Source: Escherichia coli (GTDB taxonomy: Bacteria; Pseudomonadota; Gammaproteobacteria; Enterobacterales; Enterobacteriaceae). Taken from it: a stretch of DNA of 64,000 nucleotides. The first letter of the stretch is position 1; the number at the start of each line of letters is the position of its first letter. The stretch lies in NCBI RefSeq assembly GCF_003790525.1, contig NZ_CP033635.1; one strand, written 5' to 3'. The translations under genes and the position numbers were made by a program. Under the pieces are notes generated by a model. The model was not told the origin of the DNA. It saw only the letters and a list, made by a program, of their open reading frames with translations, and searched no databases. This document shows, piece after piece, positions 52,173 to 62,449 of this stretch.

Positions 52173-54122
52173 TCAATCTGCATGCTCAACATTTGGATAG
52201 AGATTATAGATTTTAAGCTTGCGCCATAATGTTGTACGACCAATTTTTAATACTTCAGCTGCTTTAGTTAGATTCCATTCGCAGACACGACATGTATGCT
52301 CAATAGCTTGCATCTCCAATTCTGCCAGTGAAGTAAGATGAGGGATATCATCGTCGCCACTACTGTTATTTTGTCGGATATCCAGAGGAATATTCTCTAA
52401 TCCGAGGACAAGCCGATTGCAGTTAATAAATACCTTCTCCATTCGATTTTTGAACTCGGAGATGTTTCCAGGCCAACGGTACTCAAGCAGAACTGAATTT
52501 GCGTCAGGCGTGATTGTCATTTTTTTTCGAGTGCGCTCCTGATACTTATCAATAATATCGTCAATCATTTGCTTGAGATCTTCACGACGTTTGCGCAATG
52601 GCGGAATTTCAATTTCATTCATGGAGATCTCATAATATAGCTGTCGGCTAAAAGCCCCTTGTTGCACGTACTCACGTAAAGAACTACTGGTACATGTAAT
52701 CAGGCGAAAGCGTACGGGGATCAAACGATGACTGTCTGAGCGAGTAACAAGCCCCGTTTTCAATACTTTCAATAAAACACTCTGAACTTCCCCTGATAGA
52801 TATTCGACTTTATCCAGATATAAGGTGCCATTATGAGCCAGTTCAAATTTCGATGGCGAAGGACCAACATCAGAGCCAAGAAGTTCGTGTAAGATATTTT
52901 CTGGTGATAGCATCTGACAATCTACAGAAATAAATGGCCCATCACGTTGCTCGCTCTCATTATGTATTGCCATCGCCAAACTCAATTTTCCCACACCTTC
53001 TTCGCCATTGATCAAAATCGGAGAGATGGATTTAATTGCCCGGCGAGCGATAAGTAATACCTGCTTCATACCACCTGAAGCCGCATGTAAACTGTCAAAG
53101 GTAAAATTTGCATTAGTGCTTATTTGCTGTTGGGCTATTTTCCTGATTTTGTCTAATGGATGAAGAAAAAGCAAAAACGAACCATCGCTTAACGGGCGAA
53201 GGGTAACCATAAGTTCAATAAATTCGCCACGGCATTCGAGGACAATTTGCTTTTGCGATAGTTTGTTCCGTTGTGTAATTGCCTCATTCAAAATCGGCGG
53301 AAATACGAATCCTTTTCGGATGTTCTGACCAATTAAACTTTCTTTATCAATATTCAGTAGTGTTTGTGCTTGAGAATTAACCATCGTAATTAAAGAATGA
53401 CTATTCCAACAAATAAAACCGTCATCCATGCATTCAATCACAGCATTATGCTGGCAAAGTACTTTGTTTATTAACTTTTGTTCATTCTCAATATAGATAT
53501 AATTAGCGATTTCTGTTGCACATGAATATGATGTTTTTAATTTAACAAGCTCGGCGGTAGTTTCAATTATACATACAATGTATCCATGGATATTACCATA
53601 ATAATCAATGACCGGAGCAGCGCTCATCGCATAACAATGTAGCTGTTCACTAAAATGTTCTGCTCCTTCCAGTTGTGTATATAAATTTGTTTCCCGACAA
53701 AGACTATATACATTGGTTCCAATGCCATCTTCGGCCCATGACATACCAGATTCAATTCCTAACTCTCGCAATTGACTGGAATAATCGCCTGCTGCATTCA
53801 ACGATAGAACCCAGCCGTGTGGGTCAATGATCAAAAATGCCAACCGGTCGTCACCAGCCAGGGTGAAATGGTCTTCAACAACTCTTTGTGAAATTCTAAT
53901 AAACTCTTCGTTACGAGAAAAAATCGTCTGCAATGTTTGCCCGGAAGCTTTGACAGGCGTGTTCCAGTGGCGAGGGTCACAATGCTTGAGACATTTTTGC
54001 CATGACCTCAGCATCACATGATTAGTCGAATTTGTCGCGACCCAACCATGCTTAACAAACATTTTCCATTTATTTTTTAGATCATTATGATACGACTCTT
54101 TATTCATTATAATAATATCCAT
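52173..54122 (-). CDS. Enhancer-binding-protein-like AAA+ transcriptional regulator with degenerate sigma-54 contact and Walker B motifs, C-terminal Fis-type HTH
   Basis: 649 aa; sensory N-terminal domain; Walker A-like GEEGVGKLS; GAFTGA position reads LGSDVGPSPS; Walker B reads TLYLDKV (not ..DE..); C-terminal HTH ...LTKAAEVLKIGRTTLWRKLK; AT-rich gene. Confidence 0.7.
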   Translation of the reverse strand: MDIIIMNKESYHNDLKNKWKMFVKHGWVATNSTNHVMLRSWQKCLKHCDPRHWNTPVKASGQTLQTIFSRNEEFIRISQRVVEDHFTLAGDDRLAFLIIDPHGWVLSLNAAGDYSSQLRELGIESGMSWAEDGIGTNVYSLCRETNLYTQLEGAEHFSEQLHCYAMSAAPVIDYYGNIHGYIVCIIETTAELVKLKTSYSCATEIANYIYIENEQKLINKVLCQHNAVIECMDDGFICWNSHSLITMVNSQAQTLLNIDKESLIGQNIRKGFVFPPILNEAITQRNKLSQKQIVLECRGEFIELMVTLRPLSDGSFLLFLHPLDKIRKIAQQQISTNANFTFDSLHAASGGMKQVLLIARRAIKSISPILINGEEGVGKLSLAMAIHNESEQRDGPFISVDCQMLSPENILHELLGSDVGPSPSKFELAHNGTLYLDKVEYLSGEVQSVLLKVLKTGLVTRSDSHRLIPVRFRLITCTSSSLREYVQQGAFSRQLYYEISMNEIEIPPLRKRREDLKQMIDDIIDKYQERTRKKMTITPDANSVLLEYRWPGNISEFKNRMEKVFINCNRLVLGLENIPLDIRQNNSSGDDDIPHLTSLAELEMQAIEHTCRVCEWNLTKAAEVLKIGRTTLWRKLKIYNLYPNVEHAD

Positions 54123-54500
54123 TCAAGTCATTTTCAGAACTTGTATCAGAATGCTATGCCAGTAAGCTTGATCAAACGCAATAATATCTAGTCTGGATCA
54201 TTACAAAAACAGACCTTATCAACAATGTAACCATACATACATTAGAAAGAATAACCGTTAAAGCAATAAAAAACGAATAATACATTAGATAAATTTTAAA
54301 AATGCCAACAACATCTGAAATCTTTGCGTTTGATATTTATCATTATTCAAACTGAAACAACACAGGCATACGAGTTGTTTCACTGTGAAACAGTGCAGCG
54401 AAATTTGTTCTGCCCTTTTATTTCCTCAAAGATATTTCGTCGTTAAATTCCAAAATTGACTGACTATTCAACTCAGCGTAAATATCAGGAGAAATAATGT

Positions 54501-56240
54501 ATGGCGAGGATGCGTGCAATCGAAGCTGCAGTAGAAATACTGAAAAAAGAAGGCATTAGCGTTGCTTTTGGTGTACCCGGCGCAGCAATCAACCCACTCT
54601 ATGCCGCGATGAAAAAATCAGGCGGTATTGATCATATTCTGGCCCGTCATGTTGAGGGCGCCTCGCATATGGCTGAAGGTTACACCCGCAGTCAGAATGG
54701 CAATATTGGCGTGTGTATTGGCACATCAGGCCCTGCGGGCACTGATATGATTACGGGGCTTTATTCCGCCTCCGCGGATTCCATTCCTATTCTCTGCATT
54801 ACTGGTCAAGCTCCCGTAGGAAAACTTCATAAAGAAGATTTCCAGGCCGTCGATATTGAGGCTATCGCCACGCCAGTAACCAAAATGGCTCGCACAATTC
54901 TCGAAGCGGGTCAGTTGCCGGGGATATTCCAGAAAGCCTTCTGGGAAATGCGTTCAGGCCGCCCTGGCCCGGTTCTTTTAGATCTCCCTTTTGATGTTCA
55001 GATGACCGAAATTGAGTTTGATATCGATCTCTATCAGCCACTAACCCCCTGGCAACCTCAGGCAACACGGGCCCAGGCCGTACGCGCATTAGAAATGCTA
55101 AATGGCGCCGAAAAGCCCGTCATCATCGCTGGCGGTGGCATTATTAACGCCAAAGCGAGTGAATTGTTGCGTGAGTTTGTCGAGTTAACTGGCGTTCCCG
55201 TCATTCAAACCTTACGCGGTTGGGGCGCATTATCAGATGATCATCCCCTAATGATTGGTCGCATGGGATGTCAGGCGGGTCATCGCTATGGTAACGCCAG
55301 TTATCTGGCCTCCGATTTTGTTTTTGGTATCGGTAACCGTTGGGCAAACCGTCATACCGGAGCCATTGAGACCTACACCGAAGGCCGCAAATTCATTCAT
55401 GTTGATATCGAACCTGCACAAATTGGCCGGATATTTGCGCCGGATCTGGGCATTGTTTCTGATGCTGAAAGCGCCTTAACGCTATTTATTCAGGTCGCCC
55501 GTGATATGAAGTCACGTGGAGAACTGAAAGACCGCAGTCGCTGGATTGCCGAATGTGCCGAGCGTAAACGCACAATGCTTCGTCGTTCAGACTTTGACTG
55601 CAATCCAATTAAACCGCAGCGCGTGTATCACGAAATGAATAAGGTTTTCGGACCGGAGACACGCTATATTTCGACAATTGGTCTGGCGCAAATCGCCGCA
55701 AACCAATTTTTACATGTTTACCGCCCACGCCACTGGATTAATGCCTGTCAGGCTGGGCCGCTAGGCTGGACAATGCCCGCAGCACTGGGCGCGGTAAAAG
55801 CTGATCCATCTGTTCCCGTTGTGGCAATATCCGGTGATTACGATTTTCAATTCTTGATTGAAGAATTAGCCGTCGGCGCACAATTTAATCTTCCGTATAT
55901 CCATATTTTACTTAACAACGCTTATCTTGGTTTGATTCGTCAATCACAACGTGCATTTGATATTGATTATTGCGTTCAACTGTCATTTGAAAATATTAAT
56001 GCTCCAGAAATTAATGGTTATGGCGTTGATCATAAAGCTGTGGTTGAAGGATTAGGATGTAAAGCGATTCGCGTATTCGCATCACAGGATATTGCGCCTG
56101 CACTGCAAGAAGCCCAGCGTTTGCGTGACGAATTTCACGTACCTGTTGTTGTGGAAATTATTGCTGAACGCGTGACTAATATCGCTATGGGACCTGACAT
56201 TAATAAAGTCACAGAATTTGAAGAAATTCTCGATTTATAA
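54501..56240 (+). CDS. Glyoxylate carboligase-like ThDP enzyme (second gcl-type gene)
   Basis: 579 aa; extended N-terminal similarity to Gcl as I recall it (MAxMRAxxAAxxxLx[14 protein letters not shown]...[39 protein letters not shown]); SD AGGAG upstream. Confidence 0.8.
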   Translation: MARMRAIEAAVEILKKEGISVAFGVPGAAINPLYAAMKKSGGIDHILARHVEGASHMAEGYTRSQNGNIGVCIGTSGPAGTDMITGLYSASADSIPILCITGQAPVGKLHKEDFQAVDIEAIATPVTKMARTILEAGQLPGIFQKAFWEMRSGRPGPVLLDLPFDVQMTEIEFDIDLYQPLTPWQPQATRAQAVRALEMLNGAEKPVIIAGGGIINAKASELLREFVELTGVPVIQTLRGWGALSDDHPLMIGRMGCQAGHRYGNASYLASDFVFGIGNRWANRHTGAIETYTEGRKFIHVDIEPAQIGRIFAPDLGIVSDAESALTLFIQVARDMKSRGELKDRSRWIAECAERKRTMLRRSDFDCNPIKPQRVYHEMNKVFGPETRYISTIGLAQIAANQFLHVYRPRHWINACQAGPLGWTMPAALGAVKADPSVPVVAISGDYDFQFLIEELAVGAQFNLPYIHILLNNAYLGLIRQSQRAFDIDYCVQLSFENINAPEINGYGVDHKAVVEGLGCKAIRVFASQDIAPALQEAQRLRDEFHVPVVVEIIAERVTNIAMGPDINKVTEFEEILDL

Positions 56241-56252
56241 GGAAACAGGATT

Positions 56253-57035
56253 ATGGCAAAGTTTGCAGCAAATTTATCTATGCTCTTTACCGAGTATCCA
56301 TTTATTGAACGTTTTGCACAGGCAAGTCACGCAGGATTCCACGGCGTTGAGTATCTTTTCCCCTATGACTTTTCTGCAGATGAGTTGGTTTCGCAACTGC
56401 ATCAACATAATCTGACGCAGGTTCTGTTTAATCTTCCTGCGGGTAACTGGCAAGAGGGTGAACGGGGTATTGCATGTCATCCTGGTCGGGCAAAAGAATT
56501 TCAGGAGAGCGTTTCCAGGGCAATAGAGTATGCATTGGCCCTTAATTGTTCACAAGTTAATTGCCTTGCAGGAAAACATCCAGGTGGTTATTCGCATGAA
56601 CAATGTCATGAAACACTGGTCGAAAATTTGCGCTATGCGGTAGATAAATTGGCTTCTCATGGGATAAAGTTAGTTCTGGAAGCCATTAATACAAAAGATA
56701 TTCCCGGTTTTTTTGTTAACAATACCAGACAAGCTCTCAATATTATTCATGATGTAAAACATCCTGATTTGCGCTACCAATACGATATTTATCATATGCA
56801 AATCATGGAAGGGAATATTGCTACAACAATCAAAAACAACCTGAATAACATTGGACATATTCAATTAGCCGATAACCCTGGGCGTCATGAACCAGGGACG
56901 GGAGAAATTAATTACCCGTGGTTGTTAAATTATATAGACCAGATTGGTTATCAGGGATGGATTGGTTGCGAATATATTCCATCTACGACAACGACTGAAA
57001 GTCTACGCTGGCTAAAAAACGAGACTCAATTTTAA
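56253..57035 (+). CDS. Hydroxypyruvate isomerase-like (TIM-barrel)
   Basis: 260 aa; FAANLSMLFTEYPF..., NLPAGNW..GERGIA, IGH.QLADNPGRHEPGTGEINY, matching the Hyi pattern as I recall it. Confidence 0.8.
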   Translation: MAKFAANLSMLFTEYPFIERFAQASHAGFHGVEYLFPYDFSADELVSQLHQHNLTQVLFNLPAGNWQEGERGIACHPGRAKEFQESVSRAIEYALALNCSQVNCLAGKHPGGYSHEQCHETLVENLRYAVDKLASHGIKLVLEAINTKDIPGFFVNNTRQALNIIHDVKHPDLRYQYDIYHMQIMEGNIATTIKNNLNNIGHIQLADNPGRHEPGTGEINYPWLLNYIDQIGYQGWIGCEYIPSTTTTESLRWLKNETQF

Positions 57036-57052
57036 TCCCTGAGGTATTTATC

Positions 57053-57940
57053 ATGAATATTGGATTTATCGGCACCGGCATAATGGGTAAGCCGATGGCT
57101 TATAATTTACAACAAGCCGGACATACTCTTTATTTTTCAGCGCATTTTGAACCTGCACCGCAAGAGCTTATTGGTGAACGTGGCATTGTTTGCTCTACAC
57201 CGCGTGAAGTCGCGCAGGAGTGTGAGGTCATCATCACCATGCTCCCTGATACCCCACATGTTGAGGATGTTCTTTTTCATCCCAACTATGGCGTAATACA
57301 CGGTTTAAGCCACGGGAAAATTGTCATTGATATGAGTTCAATTTCCCCGGTTGCCACCAAAGCATTTGCACAACGTATTATCGCGGGAGGCGCGGAATAT
57401 ATCGATGCGCCCGTCTCTGGCGGTGAAGTTGGCGCGAAAGCCGGGACGCTTTCCATTATGGTTGGCGGATGTGAAGAGGTTTATTTACAGATCAAACCGA
57501 TTCTGGAATTGATGGGTAAAAATATCACTCTGGTCGGGAACGTCGGTGATGGTCAAACGTGCAAAGTCGCTAACCAAATTATTGTTGCACTGAATATTGA
57601 AGCGGTGGCTGAAGCCCTGCTCTTTGCCAGTAAATCAGGTGCCGATCCCGCCCGCGTACGTGAAGCTCTGATGGGGGGTTTTGCTTCCTCTCGTGTATTG
57701 GAAGTTCATGGCGAACGGATGATCAAAGGGACATTCGCCCCTGGTTTTCGAATTAGCCTGCATCAAAAAGATCTGAATCTGGCACTGGAGAATGCTCGCC
57801 TGTTGAATACCCCGCTTCCTAACACGGCTATGACGCAACAATTATTTAGCGCCTGCGCCGCGCTCGGTGGTAAAGAGTGGGATCATTCTGCGTTAATTCG
57901 GGCGCTTGAAACACAAGCCAATTTCACTATCCGTAAATAA
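57053..57940 (+). CDS. Tartronate-semialdehyde (2-hydroxy-3-oxopropionate) reductase-like, beta-hydroxyacid dehydrogenase family
   Basis: 295 aa; N-terminal Rossmann IGFIGTGIMGKPMAYNL; order gcl-hyi-reductase mirrors the K-12 gcl-hyi-glxR arrangement. Confidence 0.8.
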   Translation: MNIGFIGTGIMGKPMAYNLQQAGHTLYFSAHFEPAPQELIGERGIVCSTPREVAQECEVIITMLPDTPHVEDVLFHPNYGVIHGLSHGKIVIDMSSISPVATKAFAQRIIAGGAEYIDAPVSGGEVGAKAGTLSIMVGGCEEVYLQIKPILELMGKNITLVGNVGDGQTCKVANQIIVALNIEAVAEALLFASKSGADPARVREALMGGFASSRVLEVHGERMIKGTFAPGFRISLHQKDLNLALENARLLNTPLPNTAMTQQLFSACAALGGKEWDHSALIRALETQANFTIRK

Positions 57941-58014
57941 TGAATTAAGGGAACCACCGGTTCCCTTCGTTCACTCGTTGCCCTGCCCCATTCCCCTATT
58001 TTGAGAGACCTGCT

Positions 58015-59157
58015 ATGAAGATAGTTATCTCCCCCGACTCCTTTAAAGAATGCCTTCCCGCATGGAAAGTCGCCGAAGCGCTGGCAACCGGCTGGCGCAA
58101 GGTCCTGCCTGGCAGCCAACTGGTGTGTTTGCCCGTGGCTGACGGCGGCGAAGGCACGCTCGAAACACTCATTCATGCGACTGACGGTACGTTTTACACT
58201 AAAAAAGTCACCGGACCGCTTGGCGAATCAATACATGCGCAATACGGTATTTTAGGCAACCAAACCACCGCAGTGATAGAACTGGCACAAGCTTCAGGGC
58301 TGGAACTGGTTTCTCCTGTCCAGCGTTCTCCCCTTTATACGACGTCGTTTGGCACTGGCGAACTTATTCTCGCCGCCCTGGAACACAATATTGATACCGT
58401 TATTCTATGCCTGGGTGGCAGTGCTACAAATGATGGCGGTATTGGGTTGATGTCGGCACTTGGCGCATCGTTTACAGACGCCGAAGGGCTATCAGTCTCT
58501 GTTAATGGGATGGGGCTGGCGGCAATTCACCACATTGACTTACAGCACCTCGATCCACGATTGAAAAATGTGAAATTTATTGCAGCCTGTGATGTCACCA
58601 ACCCACTAACCGGCGATAACGGCGCGACTCGGGTTTTTGCTCAACAAAAAGGGGCCAGTGCTGACAACCTTGAGCAACTGGAACAGGGAATGAAAAACTA
58701 TGCCCGTTGCATCTACCGTTGTTGTGGTAAAGAAGTCGATACGATACCCGGTTCTGGGGCGGCTGGCGGCGTTGGCGCGGCCTTGATGGCTTTTCTCGAT
58801 GCTCGCTTACAACCGGGTATTTCGCTCGTGCTGGAAGCGATTCAATATACCCAACATTTAAAATATGCAGCATTGGCGATTGTCGGTGAAGGTAAATTAG
58901 ACCGTCAAAGCCTGAATGGCAAAGCACCTGTGGGGGCGGCCAAAATCGCCCAGATGATGGGCGTTCCGGTTATCGCAATTGCCGGGTATATCGATGATCA
59001 ACTTGATTTGAATGAGTTACGCCAGTGTGGAATCGAAGCCTGTTTTTCCGTCGTCAATGGTCCTTGTGATTTACCCACCGCGCTGAGTCAGGGGGAAAAT
59101 AATTTAATTCGTCTCGGAGAAAATTTGGCAGGGTATTTTCATGCAGTCCTGAGTTAA
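58015..59157 (+). CDS. Glycerate kinase (GarK/GlxK family)
   Basis: 380 aa; MKIVISPDSFKECL... N-terminus typical of glycerate kinases. Confidence 0.8.
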   Translation: MKIVISPDSFKECLPAWKVAEALATGWRKVLPGSQLVCLPVADGGEGTLETLIHATDGTFYTKKVTGPLGESIHAQYGILGNQTTAVIELAQASGLELVSPVQRSPLYTTSFGTGELILAALEHNIDTVILCLGGSATNDGGIGLMSALGASFTDAEGLSVSVNGMGLAAIHHIDLQHLDPRLKNVKFIAACDVTNPLTGDNGATRVFAQQKGASADNLEQLEQGMKNYARCIYRCCGKEVDTIPGSGAAGGVGAALMAFLDARLQPGISLVLEAIQYTQHLKYAALAIVGEGKLDRQSLNGKAPVGAAKIAQMMGVPVIAIAGYIDDQLDLNELRQCGIEACFSVVNGPCDLPTALSQGENNLIRLGENLAGYFHAVLS

Positions 59158-59212
59158 TTCCCGTTCGGTAAAATGCCCGATAATGCAAATTACCGGGCAT
59201 TCCTGAACATCA

Positions 59213-60754
59213 TTATTCATCTCTCGCGGTTTTCTCTTCAGCCGCAAGCTGTGTCAAAAAACTCTTCAATAAAATAAACACTACGCCGCAAAGCGGTAGT
59301 CCGGCCAGGATAGAGACCGTTTGTAGCGGTTGCAGACTTTGCGCATCAAGAAGATAGAGTGTGATTGCGACGATTCCGGTCATAATCAACCAAAATGCCA
59401 CGTTCCAGAATGCCGGTTCACTCTCACTATCTGCCCGTTTTTGCGTCGCAAAACCGAGGGCATAACCCACAGTACAGTGTCCGGTAATATATGAAATTAA
59501 TGCTATAGCCCCAAAAGCAACCAAAAACACCTGACTTGCGGGTAGCTGCTCCAGTAAACGAGAAACGACAACGCCTCGCCCTTGTTCGTTAAGTATGGGA
59601 ACAAAATCGATGACATGAGTTGTCTGCAACGATAAGCCGAAATTAGCCAGTACCATGTAAAAAACCATGCATCCCAATGAACCTGCCAGAGTTCCACATA
59701 CAATCAATTGCCGGATCGTCCTTCCTTTTGAAATACGGGCGATAAATAAACCGAATGGGATGGCATACACGACCCACCATGAAAAATAAAATACGGTCCA
59801 CATCTGTGGAAATCCGCTACGACCAATAGCATCGGTACTTAAACTCATCGCTACAAAATTTTGCAGCATCAGGCCGAAACCATCAATTGATTGGTTAAGT
59901 ATAAAAGCTGTCGGTCCACAAATCAGTATTGCCAGTAGCATAAAAATATCGGCACGAATATTCCAGTTACTGGCCCATGCCACACCTTTTTTAAGTCCAA
60001 AAAAGAGAATTAATAATGGCACTAGCGTCCAGATAAAAATAACCATGACATTGATAAACTGCCCGGCAGGATCCAGATGGAACACATGGCAAAATACGGC
60101 AGAAATCATCGGCGTTCCCAGCGCCAGAGACGTTACCGCGCCGCCGAGCAAACCAAACATGTAGAAAAAATTCACACAATGCCCGCAAAAACCATCAGCA
60201 CGTGCCCCCAGACACCCACGGCATAAATCACTGACCTTTAATGAGTTCGTTTTCTTAACATGCATAAACCAACCAATGGGAACGGCACAAATCAGATACC
60301 ATGCCCATGCGGACGGCCCCCAATGGAACATGCCATAAGCAGAGGCCCAACGAGCAGCCTGAGCGCTTCCTGCTGTCGCGCCAAAAGGCGGTTGCTGAAT
60401 GATCCAAATCCACTCTACAGAGGCCAGATATAACAAGCTGCCCCCCGTTCCAGAAGTAAAAATAAGTCCAAGCCAGGTTAACAAGCTGAAGTCAGGCTTT
60501 TCTCCCGACTGACCTAACAAGATATCGCCATAACGTGAGAAGGCCAGCCACAGACAACAAAGTACAACCAGAAAAGTCATGACCAGAAAAATCCCGCCCA
60601 TTTCCCAGGTTAAAAAATGATGTATTTTATTTATATACCGGCTGGTATCTTGTGGATATATCGTCAAACACAGAATGATTACCGCAATAAATAATATTGC
60701 TGGGATAAACACATTCAGTTCAATCAAAGAAAAGCGTTTTTTTAAATATTGCAT
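59213..60754 (-). CDS. BCCT-family (betaine/carnitine/choline-type) transporter
   Basis: ORF 59213..60898 opens on GTG; likely start is in-frame ATG (MQYLKKRFSL...), about 513 aa; polytopic with Trp-rich segments. Confidence 0.6.
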   Translation of the reverse strand: MQYLKKRFSLIELNVFIPAILFIAVIILCLTIYPQDTSRYINKIHHFLTWEMGGIFLVMTFLVVLCCLWLAFSRYGDILLGQSGEKPDFSLLTWLGLIFTSGTGGSLLYLASVEWIWIIQQPPFGATAGSAQAARWASAYGMFHWGPSAWAWYLICAVPIGWFMHVKKTNSLKVSDLCRGCLGARADGFCGHCVNFFYMFGLLGGAVTSLALGTPMISAVFCHVFHLDPAGQFINVMVIFIWTLVPLLILFFGLKKGVAWASNWNIRADIFMLLAILICGPTAFILNQSIDGFGLMLQNFVAMSLSTDAIGRSGFPQMWTVFYFSWWVVYAIPFGLFIARISKGRTIRQLIVCGTLAGSLGCMVFYMVLANFGLSLQTTHVIDFVPILNEQGRGVVVSRLLEQLPASQVFLVAFGAIALISYITGHCTVGYALGFATQKRADSESEPAFWNVAFWLIMTGIVAITLYLLDAQSLQPLQTVSILAGLPLCGVVFILLKSFLTQLAAEEKTARDE

Positions 60755-60777
60755 TTCAGTCTCCTGAATGTTTTCAT

Positions 60778-61002
60778 TCAATGAGGACGAATATTTCGCC
60801 GTTCCTTTTTCATGTGTTGCAATTGTCGGGAAAGGCGTAAAGAAAAAAAGGCGCAAATAAGTGAAAGTACCGCAATACAATACAGAGCTAAACCACACTG
60901 ATGCTGTTGCAGCATGAACAGGAATATCCCCAAAAAGAGGCCGCAGAGAACTGTGGTTATCCAGTAATTGGCACTTAAGTGCTCCAGGTCATCATCCCTC
61001 AT
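60778..61002 (-). CDS. Small two-helix membrane protein (hypothetical)
   Basis: In-frame ATG at 61002 inside ORF 60778..61182, preceded by SD AGGAG (caggagaaagaccATG); 74 aa with two hydrophobic segments; between FAD oxidoreductase and BCCT genes. Confidence 0.5.
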   Translation of the reverse strand: MRDDDLEHLSANYWITTVLCGLFLGIFLFMLQQHQCGLALYCIAVLSLICAFFSLRLSRQLQHMKKERRNIRPH

Positions 61003-61054
61003 GGTCTTTCTCCTGCAAGGCGCAGAGAGGCTTTCAGCTCTCTGCGCCTTGTTG

Positions 61055-62449
61055 TTATGCCAGACGTACGCCCTGCTGTTGCAGCGTGTTTTGCAAATCA
61101 GGAATAGCAACCTGACGCACGGTGCAATGTTGCTGTAGCGAAACCACGGCGGCAGTGCCTGCGGCCTCACCGGTAACGGCACAACACATCATGTTGCGCA
61201 TAGAAGTATGTGCAACTACGCCTGCGGAAATACAGCGACCGGCGACCAAAAGGTTCTCCACTTTTTGTGGCACCAGACAGCCATAGGGGATCTGAAAGAA
61301 ACGCCCGGTCGTTGGCAAAATGAGATAACCGGAACCATCAATAAATTCCGGGAAAATCCCTACACTGTCCGAACAACGCCCCTGATTAAGGACGTAATCA
61401 TCAGCAATACGTATTTCCCCCTCAATAAGCCGTGATTCGCGTGTACCCAGCGTGGCGCCAAAATTGCGTAACCGTACATTTTCAAAGCCCGGAACATAAT
61501 GGCGTAGAGCGTCAATTGCCCATAATGCTTGCTGCCTTCCGGCGATTTCTGCTTTGGTTAAATCGAAGACATCGGTACAGTCAAAACCAAAGGCGTACAC
61601 CATATTCATCTGAAACGCTTCGCCGCTTTCAGAAAAGGTTGACCAGGTTCCGGCAATCGCCTGGGCGTCGCCTGGAATCACACCATCCTGCTGCGCCCGG
61701 GTAAAAATATCCTCCATATAAGGGCTAAACATCTGGTCTTCTTTGCCCGTGGTTTGAATCGTCCAGTTTTTTCCCCAATCCGCGTAGGTCGGCTTAAGTT
61801 CTTCCGCAACAAAACGGTTAAAGCGCGCCACATCGACACCTGCGCAACTGAACATCACGGTGACGCCCATCAGTTGGTCCTTTCCCCGTTTCGTCCAGGG
61901 CGCGCCTGCACGAGCAGCAATATCAGCATCCCCCGTGCAATCGACGATTCTTTTCGCCAGAATTGCCCCTCGTCCTGATTTGTTCTCGACAATAACACCG
62001 CATAACGTATCCCCTTCCTTGATCACATCCACAACCCAGGAGTGATATAACGGCTCAACGCCAGCTTCCGTTATCATCTGATCGGCAACAACTTTAAATC
62101 CTTCAGTATCTATAACTTCGCTAATTGACTGAGGTTCTGGTCGCGTGAAGCCCAATGCTCGCGCGCGGCCTTCATATTCACGACAAATCCCTTCACAATC
62201 TTCCGTCCCCGGATGGCGATACCAGGCAAAACTTTCCACACCAACCTGCGTCAATACGCCGCCTAGTGAGCCGTAACGCTCAACAATCATGGTTCTGGCA
62301 CCTAGCCGCCCCGCCGCTATCGCCGCCGTTAATCCTGCCGGACCGCCCCCGATAACCAGAACGTCCGTTTGTGCAATGACTGGCGTTTGCCGTGCACTTT
62401 CATTAATCATGTCCACCATTGGTTCCCCCATCAGATTCAGGATGCGCAA
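61055..62449 (-). CDS. FAD-dependent oxidoreductase (paralog 2)
   Basis: 464-aa ORF (start may be internal MINESARQ); VIGGGPAGLTAAIAAGRLG dinucleotide-binding motif; paralog of 50516..51886; 13-nt overlap with upstream MFS gene. Confidence 0.7.
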   Translation of the reverse strand: MRILNLMGEPMVDMINESARQTPVIAQTDVLVIGGGPAGLTAAIAAGRLGARTMIVERYGSLGGVLTQVGVESFAWYRHPGTEDCEGICREYEGRARALGFTRPEPQSISEVIDTEGFKVVADQMITEAGVEPLYHSWVVDVIKEGDTLCGVIVENKSGRGAILAKRIVDCTGDADIAARAGAPWTKRGKDQLMGVTVMFSCAGVDVARFNRFVAEELKPTYADWGKNWTIQTTGKEDQMFSPYMEDIFTRAQQDGVIPGDAQAIAGTWSTFSESGEAFQMNMVYAFGFDCTDVFDLTKAEIAGRQQALWAIDALRHYVPGFENVRLRNFGATLGTRESRLIEGEIRIADDYVLNQGRCSDSVGIFPEFIDGSGYLILPTTGRFFQIPYGCLVPQKVENLLVAGRCISAGVVAHTSMRNMMCCAVTGEAAGTAAVVSLQQHCTVRQVAIPDLQNTLQQQGVRLA

